Of a DNA stretch of 64,000 nt, positions 19,691-30,300 are shown piece by piece. The DNA comes from a virus: IMG/VR virus record IMGVR_UViG_3300031963_012969; one strand, 5' to 3'. Below the pieces are notes generated by a model that saw only the letters and a list, made by a program, of their open reading frames with translations, searched no databases and was not told the origin of the DNA. Position numbers and translations under genes: made by a program. Position 1 is the stretch's first letter, and every line of letters starts with the position of its first letter.

Positions 19691-21459
19691 TTTGGTATTT
19701 GTTTAAGCTCTATATTTTGAACTAAATTAGTTGTAGATGAAAGATCGAAATTTTCAAGTAAAAATCCATTCGTAGAAATATCGCTTGAATTAAAATTGTT
19801 TTTATAAAATCTGCCAGCACTCTTGTTTTTGTATATATTTGTCTCTATAGATATTGCCTCTATTGTTTCAGGGGTGTCTAAAAATTTACCCCATTTATCG
19901 AATTCTGGTGTATAATATCCTTGATTTGTTTTGCTTGGAAATTCATCTGTATTTACACTAAGAAGATCATTTAAGTTGACTGATGTTGCTGAGTTTTGCA
20001 ATTCGTCTAGCAACATGTTGTACTCATCAGTATTGCTAAGCTGCAGAAAAAACATTAAAATAACGTTTACAGGAGTATTGTCTTTTATTGGATTAATAGT
20101 AGAGAAAAATATTTCCGTGTCTTTTATTTTAGATAAATCAATCTTTATTGGCAATATGTTGCCCATAAACATATCCTCAGAAAATATTTCCGCTGGATTA
20201 ACTGAAAATTCTAAGTTATTGGAAAAGTCTATTTGAGCATCTTCATAATTTGCATATTTTTTAAATATTTCATATCCATAATTTATTTGACTCTGTTTTG
20301 CTTTCTCAAAAACTCTCTCCCAAAAATTTTTGACTACATCAGGTGATCCTATTAGCTCAAAGAATATTGATGTGGACAATATATTTTGTGTGGAAAGTTT
20401 TTTTCCATATTTCACTTTTATGTATTTATTTGGAAAAGAAACATATGTATCAACGTTTGTGGATGATTTTTTGGGTAAGGGCAAAGAAGAGAAATTCAAC
20501 CACCAATTTTTATTTTTAGTGTCAACAATATCAACTACATTTATTAATGGAGTGCCAGATTTTAGTTTTTTTCCTATCTTTATATCATCAGATATTTTTT
20601 GATTTATTGATAATTTATAAACATTTAAATCTGTTACAATTAACGTTGTTTCATCTGATTCATTTTTGTGTATATCGATAACTGTTTCGACAACCTCTTT
20701 TATTAGCGGACTACCAGATATAATAGATAGATAAGATCTAAGCGCAAACACACTAGGCCCTCTAGAAACCAACTCAAATAATTTTTTAGTTATTTCTTTG
20801 TATTGTTCAGATGATTTATTTAAGTTAGTAAAAGTATATCCAAACTGTTTGTATAGTAAAAATTTATCTACGTTTACGTCGCAAAACCAAAGAATTATTT
20901 CTTCGTCTATTTCAGACATATTACTATCTATTATTTTTCTCTTTGGTATCAATGTGTTTAAAAATGGATCTTCCTTAAATAATATACCGTTTCTATAAAG
21001 AGTAAAATCTACTCCATTCATGTATGTTACAGATGGTTCAAATAATCTATTTAATGCTACTGACCCTAGGCTCACAATATTTGATTTATTCAATTCCACG
21101 AAAAATTTTTTACTCAAGGACGACGCAGTGCCATATCTGATTATGTCACCAGAAGAGTATTTGGATTCATTCGGTTGTATTCCGTAGTATGAACCATCTC
21201 CATATTCTGGAGTGTCTAAATTTTTATAAAAATTATTTTTAGTAATTATTACAGGGAAAACATTTTGCCTAGAAAAAACAGGAACTGTATCTATAGATAT
21301 AGAATTTATTATTTCTAGTAGATCTAAATAATTTTGAATAAGAGTTTCAGAATATACTCCACCAAGAGCGGACCCCAAGTTTCCATTATCAAATATAGAT
21401 GACCAAAATGAACCAAGAAAATCTGAAAAGTTCTTGTTGTATGTTAAATCGTCTTTCAA
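19675..21459 (-). CDS. Putative baseplate wedge protein
   Basis: 594 aa directly downstream of baseplate J-like gene. Confidence 0.55.
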   Translation of the reverse strand: MKDDLTYNKNFSDFLGSFWSSIFDNGNLGSALGGVYSETLIQNYLDLLEIINSISIDTVPVFSRQNVFPVIITKNNFYKNLDTPEYGDGSYYGIQPNESKYSSGDIIRYGTASSLSKKFFVELNKSNIVSLGSVALNRLFEPSVTYMNGVDFTLYRNGILFKEDPFLNTLIPKRKIIDSNMSEIDEEIILWFCDVNVDKFLLYKQFGYTFTNLNKSSEQYKEITKKLFELVSRGPSVFALRSYLSIISGSPLIKEVVETVIDIHKNESDETTLIVTDLNVYKLSINQKISDDIKIGKKLKSGTPLINVVDIVDTKNKNWWLNFSSLPLPKKSSTNVDTYVSFPNKYIKVKYGKKLSTQNILSTSIFFELIGSPDVVKNFWERVFEKAKQSQINYGYEIFKKYANYEDAQIDFSNNLEFSVNPAEIFSEDMFMGNILPIKIDLSKIKDTEIFFSTINPIKDNTPVNVILMFFLQLSNTDEYNMLLDELQNSATSVNLNDLLSVNTDEFPSKTNQGYYTPEFDKWGKFLDTPETIEAISIETNIYKNKSAGRFYKNNFNSSDISTNGFLLENFDLSSTTNLVQNIELKQIPKCAIL

Positions 21460-21462
21460 TTG

Positions 21463-23148
21463 TCAAATTTCTATTAATGTTACTGGTATTCCAGACTTTC
21501 TTGCGAAAAATCCTATATTGTCTCTGGAATACCCTAGAGCGATATTTTTAGGGATGGATAAAACAGATTCAGAAGATATTTTAGTGGTGCTAAAATTAAT
21601 GTCTGGGGCCAGTATCTCTGCCTGTATCATTATAGGTGTATTAACTGATAGAATATTTTTATCTTGCATTATAGATGATATTATTTTGTCTATTCTTATT
21701 TCCTCTTTTCTGGGGTTGATAGAATTTATATAATCTATTATGCGGTTCTGTACTTCATCTGATGTAGTTGACCCCAATTTAGTTCTTACCGTTATCTCCG
21801 AGGTGCTAATAAAACACGGAACACAAGCCTTAACTAACGTATCTATTAAAGCTGATTGTGCGCCTGGTTGATTTACAAATTCTTGTATTCTCTGAATGGA
21901 TGGAAGCATTTCTGCAAATACCGTAACTGACATCGTGTCCGAAAGTTGTCCGGAACCTTCAAATATTATTTCTTGATACGAATAACTTGAATAAGTTGAT
22001 TCTTGAGTAGTAAAAATATAATTATCTACGGTGTTATTATTACTGTACTTGTTAAATTTTCTGCGCACCTCAGTAATATTAAAACTGCTCAATGTAGTTA
22101 ATTCTAACTCTTTAGAAAAAACTCTGGTTATTCTATAGTTTCCTGGTAATTCATTTCTTGATAGCTTTAATAAATATTTTCCTGCGTGCTGAGCAAGTGA
22201 ATTATCTATATTTATAATTGATTGTGTAATTTTTTGCGCGACTAGATTTTGCTCAAAAAATTCTTCAACAAATGAAGAAGTCTTTACGTAAATATCACAA
22301 AAACTTCCAGCTTTTATTCCAAATATGTTGTGTGAGTTTCTAGACATCAGCTCACTGTTTACGCCGTGTATTGATATTTGCTGTATCTCTGGGAAATTGT
22401 CCCTCAATGTTTGTTCAATAGCTAGTGGAGACGCCAAATTTCTTGTGGATAAAGCTGGTATAATTCGGTTTATTACCTCTTCATTTGATTCCTTATTTTG
22501 CCCACCAGAAAACTTAGAAAAAGCGTTTGCAGATATTATGCCGATTCTTTCACTTAAAATATTTAATGTTGTGTACTGTTCTATGTTGTATTGAGATCCG
22601 CTATTTTCGGCAATAAATGGAACAATTACAAATTTTTGTGTATTTGTATTATCTGAGTATATTTTAAGCTGACTAGCTGTAGTTGGGGATGTTGAAGCCG
22701 TAAACGAATTAGACGGATAAAATATTAAATCATTATTAGTTTTAAATTTAACTGATTCATCTATTGAAAATGATTCCGTGAAATTTGTTAAACTTATTTT
22801 TGCAAAACCAGTTGATACGTTGCCCTGTCTTCTCTTTATGTTAAAATTAGATAGTAACCCATCTATAATATTGTCGCTACTGGCACCACCAATAGATAGG
22901 GCGCTGTATACAGTGTTTGTTTTAGAGAATTCTTCTATAAGTTTTTTTAGTATTAAAAATATCTGTGCGAACGGTCTTATAAGAATATCATTTAAGGACG
23001 ACAATTCGGAGAAATCTATATCTTCATAATTGTCTGATATATATTGTCTTATAATACTTTGAGCTGCTATAATTTCTGTCTCCGTAAAAGAAGAGTCATC
23101 TAAGTTTACTCCCTCTACTAAATTAAAGTTTTCGATTGGATCAGCCAT
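21463..23148 (-). CDS. Baseplate J-like (T4 gp6-like) wedge protein
   Basis: FNIKRRQG, AENSGSQYNI, FSGGQNKESNEEVINRI are Baseplate_J-type motifs. Confidence 0.8.
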   Translation of the reverse strand: MADPIENFNLVEGVNLDDSSFTETEIIAAQSIIRQYISDNYEDIDFSELSSLNDILIRPFAQIFLILKKLIEEFSKTNTVYSALSIGGASSDNIIDGLLSNFNIKRRQGNVSTGFAKISLTNFTESFSIDESVKFKTNNDLIFYPSNSFTASTSPTTASQLKIYSDNTNTQKFVIVPFIAENSGSQYNIEQYTTLNILSERIGIISANAFSKFSGGQNKESNEEVINRIIPALSTRNLASPLAIEQTLRDNFPEIQQISIHGVNSELMSRNSHNIFGIKAGSFCDIYVKTSSFVEEFFEQNLVAQKITQSIINIDNSLAQHAGKYLLKLSRNELPGNYRITRVFSKELELTTLSSFNITEVRRKFNKYSNNNTVDNYIFTTQESTYSSYSYQEIIFEGSGQLSDTMSVTVFAEMLPSIQRIQEFVNQPGAQSALIDTLVKACVPCFISTSEITVRTKLGSTTSDEVQNRIIDYINSINPRKEEIRIDKIISSIMQDKNILSVNTPIMIQAEILAPDINFSTTKISSESVLSIPKNIALGYSRDNIGFFARKSGIPVTLIEI

Positions 23149-23149
23149 A

Positions 23150-23629
23150 TTAAGTTTTTTGCCATTTAACGGGTAAGTGTATATCCGCAGTCTCTCCAGC
23201 TTGTGTATATAATTTTAAGTCTAATATTATTTGCCCTCCGGGCTGTAAAGCATATTCCATTAACTCTACCTTATCTATTTTTTCGTCTATTGGCGTTTGA
23301 TTATTGTATCTTTCTTTTATCCATTTTAAAACCAAAAGATTTTGAGAAGAAAAAATTTGAAGTATTTGTACTGGAAAACTTATGTTACTGGACTTTAATC
23401 CAGAATACAGAGTAGATCCATATAGTGGTTCCTCTTTTCTTTCTCCTATGTCGCTAAGTAAAGTTTTTATATAATTTTGAGACGCTTTTAGTTTTCCTGT
23501 TACAACTAAAGGTATCGGCCTGAGGCTAAGTTTGACAGGTGAATCTCCAGTCTTAGCGGGAAAAAGTGAAAGATCTATTAACCTATTACTATAATTAGAT
23601 GTAATCATATAATTAATTAAATTAATCAC
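23150..23629 (-). CDS. gp25/GPW-like baseplate wedge protein
   Basis: VTGKLKASQ...LLSDIGER...YGSTL pattern; immediately upstream of baseplate J. Confidence 0.65.
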   Translation of the reverse strand: MINLINYMITSNYSNRLIDLSLFPAKTGDSPVKLSLRPIPLVVTGKLKASQNYIKTLLSDIGERKEEPLYGSTLYSGLKSSNISFPVQILQIFSSQNLLVLKWIKERYNNQTPIDEKIDKVELMEYALQPGGQIILDLKLYTQAGETADIHLPVKWQKT

Positions 23630-24023
23630 TGTCGTATTCCCACGAATGTATCGCCGAATACGTCTCAGAAGCCAACTTTTGTCTATCTCCAGCTTGTATT
23701 GACTCAGTTTTATAGGCGTTTTTTATATTTGAAAAACCGTCCTCTCCGTAATTTGCATATCTATATCTCATCGCTTTTTCCAGGTGCAAACTATGAAACC
23801 CCTCAAGCTTATACGGCGACCAATCTTTTATCGATACTCCGTTTTGTTTTCTGCTGGCTAAATCGTCTATAATATCATCTCTATCAACTTTATCAAAAAA
23901 ATCATCTATATTTTCCCAAAAAGACTCTATTTTAAATGTGGGCATCATATTCGATTCCCAGGCCATCTTTCTTGAACCTTCCCATGAAGAAAATTTAGAT
24001 GAATATGCGCTTAATGCTTTCAT
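23622..24023 (-). CDS. Hypothetical protein
   Basis: 133-aa ORF coupled to both neighbours. Confidence 0.6.
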   Translation of the reverse strand: MKALSAYSSKFSSWEGSRKMAWESNMMPTFKIESFWENIDDFFDKVDRDDIIDDLASRKQNGVSIKDWSPYKLEGFHSLHLEKAMRYRYANYGEDGFSNIKNAYKTESIQAGDRQKLASETYSAIHSWEYDSD

Positions 24024-24024
24024 T

Positions 24025-24735
24025 TTATATTATTTTTTCTCTAGAGTTAACTCCGTTTAATATTTTTTCAGCGATTTTAGATGATCTAATAGACACTTCT
24101 GACGGATTAATTTTAAGTTTCAAGGCTATTTCATCATTAGACATAATATGATTGCCGTTTCTTCCGAGTTTATAGTCTAATATTTTTTTTCCAAAACTAT
24201 CTAAATCGTTGTAAACATACTCAGTCCATAGGTTCAACCTATTAGATTCTTCATCTTCTTCTGTCTCTACTCCACCAACTAATTGGCTTTCTGGTATTTC
24301 ATATTTAACTCCTAGATTTAATTTAGTTAAAGTTTTTTTATTTATTCCCAGGCCGTCCATTATCTCTGAGTCATCTGGATCTCTTCCATTTTCTTGAGAG
24401 AAATCGTTTATAAAATTAATATATTTACTTGTTTCATCGCTAGAGTGCCTAGACAATGGAGACACCTCAGTCATATTTTTTGCGTCTCTATTAAGTGGCC
24501 TAAGATAATTATATACATGAGTAGAGAGCTTAGCACCCTCTGATGGAGAATATGTTTTTATGGCCTGTGAGACGAGTATCTTTGCTCTACTTTTCAACAA
24601 AGTTGGATTAATTGATTTTTGCTGTCCTACGCTAGTGTTTATTAATCCATCAAATGACTTAACAGTCTTTAAAAGATTTTGCGGTGTGGGATTTTTTTTC
24701 CACTCCTGCCAATATTTATCTGGGTCTTGATCCAT
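24025..24735 (-). CDS. Sigma-70-family RNA polymerase sigma-factor-like protein
   Basis: Region 2-like QAIKTYSPSEGAKLSTHVYNYL; region 3-like ENGRDPDDSEIMDGLGI; region 4 HTH-like ILDYKLGRNGNHIMSNDEIALKLKINPSEVS. Confidence 0.75.
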   Translation of the reverse strand: MDQDPDKYWQEWKKNPTPQNLLKTVKSFDGLINTSVGQQKSINPTLLKSRAKILVSQAIKTYSPSEGAKLSTHVYNYLRPLNRDAKNMTEVSPLSRHSSDETSKYINFINDFSQENGRDPDDSEIMDGLGINKKTLTKLNLGVKYEIPESQLVGGVETEEDEESNRLNLWTEYVYNDLDSFGKKILDYKLGRNGNHIMSNDEIALKLKINPSEVSIRSSKIAEKILNGVNSREKII

Positions 24736-24739
24736 AAAG

Positions 24740-26083
24740 TTAATCCCATTTTATCATTTTAGCACCAGGAAATAAAGGATGATTGGCTAATTTTTTAATC
24801 CCAGCTGATTTTTCAACGCATGCCTGAAAAGAGAATATTGTAGTCCACGACTCGACATCTAATATGTGCTCTACTTTGTAGCAATATCCATCAAATTCTT
24901 CCTCAAATATATCTACTGGTTTTCCATCAAAATTTTTGACTCCTGAAGCCGGTATGAAAGTAGCACAAGTACCAGGAACAGCAGAAATACAAATTGGCGT
25001 AATGATATTAAAAGTTCTAGTTTTGTGTGCTTCACGATGCAATATAGCTTCAGCTAAATTATCCATTCCTTTTTTAGCTAATTTTGAGCTACTTTTTTTA
25101 TCTATGTCCGCACACCATCCAGGAGCGGACACAAGCATAGAACCTCTTGTTCCTGGATTATTGTCCACTGCTTGAGCCACTTGGCACTTTGATGGCTTAT
25201 TTTGTATAGAAGATAGCGAAACCGGATTCATGATAATACATTCCTTTGGGGATCTTTTTATTTGGGAACTTCTATCCATTTTTTGTATTATCTCTGATTG
25301 TATCGAATTTTCAGACGATTTGACTCCGCAAAAATTAGGAGTCATTATAACTCTTCCATCTGGCATACACACTAGAGTTGCATCGAAAGACCCAATTATT
25401 ATTGATAATACGTCCCATAAATCGCTAGATATATGAGATCTCTCTAGTATATTTGAAATAAATTTATTTGTTTTGTCTTGTATCCCAGCTGTAGAAAACA
25501 ATTTTCCCATGTCTTCTGATTGTGACGCAATAAATGATAGCATTGATATTGCCTTAGCCTTTTCTCCTGCTCTACTATCTGGAATTTGAGTTGTTTGAAC
25601 GGAATTTAACCAATTTATGATCCCGTCACAAATAGCCTTTGGAAATGGCTTATCTAAATCAAAAGATTGATATGCTCCGCTTTCTTCAGCTTTAAGTGAT
25701 TTTTTCTTCCTGTATAAAATTGTCTCCATTTCCGCATTCCCGGATTTAGTTACACCAGGAACAACACTTGACGTTTCTTGTAGATCTCTGGCCTTGTGAA
25801 TTATATCAACTCCAGCGCTAATATTGCCACTCATGTTTGAAAAATTTACACCACTTAAGTACCCCTTAAATAAAGTTCCGCTACCTGGCGTATTGGATAT
25901 TTTTATTTCTAGCTCTTGATCTGGTGAAGAATATTTAGAAACATCTTCGGGTTTTATCAACACAGTGGCGGAAGGTATTTCCCCGACCTGATTTACTACT
26001 CTAGCTTGCACAACCCTATCACCATTCATGGTGACCTCTGGTTTTACTATGTTGTCTATAAAAGCGCAGTATTTTATTGCCAT
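24740..26083 (-). CDS. Baseplate hub protein (gp27/late-control-D-like)
   Basis: LFKGYLSG and GYCYKVEH...WTT motifs typical of hub proteins; likely start MAIKY at 26083 (ORF track start 26116). Confidence 0.6.
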   Translation of the reverse strand: MAIKYCAFIDNIVKPEVTMNGDRVVQARVVNQVGEIPSATVLIKPEDVSKYSSPDQELEIKISNTPGSGTLFKGYLSGVNFSNMSGNISAGVDIIHKARDLQETSSVVPGVTKSGNAEMETILYRKKKSLKAEESGAYQSFDLDKPFPKAICDGIINWLNSVQTTQIPDSRAGEKAKAISMLSFIASQSEDMGKLFSTAGIQDKTNKFISNILERSHISSDLWDVLSIIIGSFDATLVCMPDGRVIMTPNFCGVKSSENSIQSEIIQKMDRSSQIKRSPKECIIMNPVSLSSIQNKPSKCQVAQAVDNNPGTRGSMLVSAPGWCADIDKKSSSKLAKKGMDNLAEAILHREAHKTRTFNIITPICISAVPGTCATFIPASGVKNFDGKPVDIFEEEFDGYCYKVEHILDVESWTTIFSFQACVEKSAGIKKLANHPLFPGAKMIKWD

Positions 26084-26835
26084 TTTAATGAGATAGCGTA
26101 AGCAAGCAGTAAACACAATACTTTTTTGTATGATCTATCTGTTTTTGAGTATATATCAAAAACATCTTCGTACGCTTTTTTGTTTAACCATATCAATTCT
26201 TCTATTCCTGGTATTTGATAAACGTTGTCTATTAAATTATTTACATTAAAAAAATATGGATACATTAATTTAATATTCATCTGGTTAAACGGTATATGCG
26301 AACAATTTAAAAAACCTATTCTTAGTCTGGTATCCGGTATATACAGAAAATTAGATATATTTCCCCTAAAAGTAAAAATAATTTGCTGGTCTCTTGTGTT
26401 GCTTTTATTGTCCACTAAATAAGACACAGACAGAATATTATTTGTTTTTTTTGTTAACGATATTCTCTTGTTGTATATCCCATCCTGTGGGTAGTTTTGA
26501 TTATCTGATTTAATTAAAACTCTATCGTCATAAAAACTCTGTTTAATTGTAGGCAAAAAATTGTTACTTAAATCGTTTTTATCTGGTATTCGCCTTGAAT
26601 CAAAATTACGTAAAGCAATTTTAGACAAATCTAAGTCGTTGTATATTGCGTCTACCATTAAATTAGACCTCCAAATCTGTACCTCCGGTTCTATTTCGTT
26701 ATTTCCTATTAATAAACAATTTCTAAATGAAGAGAAAGTTTCACTCAATAATATCGGAGAATAATCTTTATCTATGTACGCGTACCTTGAGAACGCCATG
26801 TCATTTAATAAGTATGTCCTAATTTCTTCCACCAT
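26074..26835 (-). CDS. Hypothetical baseplate-region protein
   Basis: 253-aa ORF within the operon. Confidence 0.6.
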   Translation of the reverse strand: MVEEIRTYLLNDMAFSRYAYIDKDYSPILLSETFSSFRNCLLIGNNEIEPEVQIWRSNLMVDAIYNDLDLSKIALRNFDSRRIPDKNDLSNNFLPTIKQSFYDDRVLIKSDNQNYPQDGIYNKRISLTKKTNNILSVSYLVDNKSNTRDQQIIFTFRGNISNFLYIPDTRLRIGFLNCSHIPFNQMNIKLMYPYFFNVNNLIDNVYQIPGIEELIWLNKKAYEDVFDIYSKTDRSYKKVLCLLLAYAISLKWQ

Positions 26836-26839
26836 TTTA

Positions 26840-27289
26840 TTATGTTGTTTTAATTATTGAAAAATCTAAGCTAAATTGTCCAAAATTGAATTGAGTCATT
26901 TGTAAGTCTAATGTTTCTTTTTCCAAATATCCAATCCACGAAGCACCACCTATCGACAAAGTACATGGCCCACCTTTAGTATATACATTATTTTCGTCAT
27001 AGTATTTATCTATATTAGCTACACCGTGTCCAGTTGGAGAAGTGCATTGCATTAAAAAAATGTATCCACTTACTCGTATTGCACCAACCCCTTCTCCCCA
27101 GGCGTATCCAAAAGTTTTATCATCAAGAGTTTTTACATACTGTGTAACTTGGTTTCTGGCTATTGCTATATTAGACACAACAAGAATCTCCCCCTCCCCA
27201 GATATACTTGGGCTAAGGTTAGCAATTACAATTCTTTTGTCTTCACTTTTTATTATGTGACCTCTTTGTGCTACTAATATATCTGCCAT
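26840..27289 (-). CDS. Tail-tube-like protein (tube initiator)
   Basis: VVSNIAIARNQVTQ...YAWGEGVGAIRVSG aligns by eye with the tube proteins' LVQNVE..YQQQVTQ...YMQLGRAQGQLTVG; sits just after the tape measure. Confidence 0.55.
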   Translation of the reverse strand: MADILVAQRGHIIKSEDKRIVIANLSPSISGEGEILVVSNIAIARNQVTQYVKTLDDKTFGYAWGEGVGAIRVSGYIFLMQCTSPTGHGVANIDKYYDENNVYTKGGPCTLSIGGASWIGYLEKETLDLQMTQFNFGQFSLDFSIIKTT

Positions 27290-27323
27290 ATTTTATAATT
27301 TTGTATTTAATTGATATTATACA

Positions 27324-30300
27324 TCAATCAAATGGATTCCACCATGATCCATTATTTTCTGTTTTGCTGTCTGCGCCCCCTTTAGAGCTTTTAGCGGATA
27401 TAGCTTTTTTATCTACTCCAAGCTTGTCTGCTATTCCCTCGAGAGCTCTTAATATTCTTTCTATGGCGTCTTTAGGATCGAAATCATTTTTCTTTTCCTT
27501 TTCCGTTTCTTCTCCCTGAAGCTTGACCTTTCCGCTCTCAAGCTCTTCAGATATTTTACTTTTCTTCTCTTCGAAAATTCTGTTTTCGTGTTCCTCTATG
27601 TATTTATTTCTTGTTTCTTCACTTAATTTGGTTCCAGTTTTTTCTAGTTTTCCTACTTCTTTAACAGCTTCTTCATGTGCCTCTTTTTTGGCTTTTTCAT
27701 GCATTTCAACTATTTTGCCACCTTTTCCAGTTACTAAATCTAGTTGAGCCTGGCCAATTTCTTTTTGTTTATCCGTCATTTTATCATAGTCACCTAAAGC
27801 ACCGCCAGCTGCCCTTGCAACACTCTCAAACGTGATTTGACCTTCTTCATTTCCCTCTTTCTTTAAGTCTTTGTAGACTTTAGACATTACGCCCATTGCT
27901 TTTTCGCCAATGTTAAAGTCTCTAAGTAATGGCCCCCTTGTTTCACTTACTTGTTTGACTTCTGCCTGAATTTCCTGTTGATCTTTCATCAACTCTTTTA
28001 TCCTAGCTGTAGCACCTTCATTTCCTGCAACTTCAAACGCTTCTGATAAATCATTGGTGTTAGCTGCAGACGTTAAGGTTCCCGATATTTCCTGTACTTG
28101 TTCTGCAGTTGCTGTAGGAAGTATCTCCGAGATTCTTTCCTTCATTCTTTTATCGTCGGTAATGTCTTCCTGTGTTATTTTACCCTCTTCTAGCGCTTCC
28201 CTTATTTTTGATGAACCTTCTGATCCTACGCCAGTCTCTGCTATTGTTCTTGCAAAAACTGAGTCTGCGTCCCTCGTGCCCATTATTGACTCTGATATAT
28301 ATTTGTATGTTGCCTTATTATTGAATTCTATGTCAGCTCCAGTTAGATAATCAAAGTAAGCCCCCTCACCGTATTTTGATTTTATTAACTTTAGTGTATT
28401 TTCTGATGCACCGCCCTCTTCTTCAATTTTGTTATCAAGTACGTCTATCATCAGATCTGTATTTTCATCTATTCTACCTGATTCAGCTGCCTCCTCTCTT
28501 ATTCGCCTGGCTTTTTCGAAGTCTTTATTTTCCATCGCTTCCTTCATTTCCTTTGCGACCTTGCCTTGTTCCCCTTCAGTCCCCAATACAGCTAATGCAG
28601 CAACCAGTCCTTGATTTTCTGATGATCTTGCTACCCTGCCTTGATATTCTGCTATCTTCACAGCCGTCTCTTCTGTAGATTTACCAGTGTATATCTCTTT
28701 TTTGTCTTGAGCGTCTTTTCTCCTAGCGTCTACTAAGCCCTTTGCAGCTATCAAAGCGTTTTGAGCCATGTTTGTCTGGTTTCCTCCCTTTACGCCCATT
28801 CCTTTATACATTTGATTTGTTACTTCAAAATATCTTGCTATTGCATCATTACTCATGTCCACTACTACAGCTGTTGCCTGTATTTTTTGCAACAAGTCTC
28901 TAACTTTTCCAGTAGACATTCCAGAAGACCCTTCAACTAAGTCACCTACTCGATCCATTAATTCCCCTAGCCCCGTGTCAGCTCCAAATACATTTTGCGC
29001 TTCTCTGATCATGCTATTTAGCTCGCTTAAATCTTGTCCTTTCTGGTCTTGTTCTTTTGCGTTTTGTGGTGTTCTGGGTTCTGAAATAGCTTGTAATCCA
29101 GAGCTGCTCCTAGGATTCATTATTTCATTTGCCAGTTTAATATCCTTCTCTGTTCCAAAATTTTTAATTGTCTGTATTTCCGTATTTCTGGCTTGTTCTA
29201 TTTTATCGTTGTTTTTTTGTACTATTGTTTGTGATTGCTGGTTTAGCTGTCTTACTTCGTTTTCTGTTCCAAGCTTTAAAGCTATTTTTGAAAATTGGTC
29301 TAATGTTGACCTAAGCTTTTCTTCCCCAGTTACTGAAACGGTGTTTGATTTTTGATTTGCACCTGTTTTCGTGTTATTTTCCTCTTGTTTCTTTGCTTTT
29401 GTCAAAGCCTCAACAGCTTCGGTGTAAGAAGATATTTCCTCCCTTTCTTTGTCTCCTATCTTTCCTTCTTTTTCTGCTCTTTCCACTATCCCTTTTACCA
29501 ATTTAGTAGGATCGCTTATGTCTATTTCCTTGTCGGAAGAAAACGTTGAAACATCGTCTTCCTGTATCCCAATCTTTTTCTTTATTTTGCCTGACTGCTT
29601 AGTGAACTCTTTCTTCTCTTGTTCCGTACCAATTAAATCAACGACTTCAGAAACATCATCTATTGTTTTTATTAAGGACTGATCATTTCTTCTTTTTACT
29701 GTTCCGGTGTCTTCTAACTCTTTTACTAAATTTTCTGCCTCTTTTACTTTTTCCTGTTTTGATTTGTCTTCCTTAGGTAATTCAGACTTTCTTTGCATTA
29801 CCTGTTTAACTATTTTAGCTGTATCTGTTAAATCGACCTTTGTTGATTCAAGTATATTATTTTTTTGCTCATCAAATGCTTTTTGTTCCTCGGGTGTTCC
29901 ATATTTTTTGATGGCAACTTCATATTCAGATAAATGACCATCAAGATCCTCGCCTGGGGCAGCAGTCACTCTATTGTTTACATCTTCTTCTTTTTGTTTT
30001 TCCTTGGCCGATGAAAGCGCATCTATGGCTTCATTAGCGTCATAATAATATGATAGTTCATTTTGATCTCTATTAGATATTAAATTGTTTTTTCTAGCCC
30101 TATCAATAGCATTTTTGGCTAAAGCCGTAGGTGTCGTTATATCTATGGAATTATTTTCTTTGCTGCTTAAAGGAGACTGTCTTTTTATCTCCATCATTTC
30201 TCGGTCAAATTTTTCTTTTTCCTCTGGTGAATCTAGACCACTAAGTAAATCATGGTCACCCCTATTAGAGTAATCTTGTTTAGGGGTCTTATTTTGTTGA

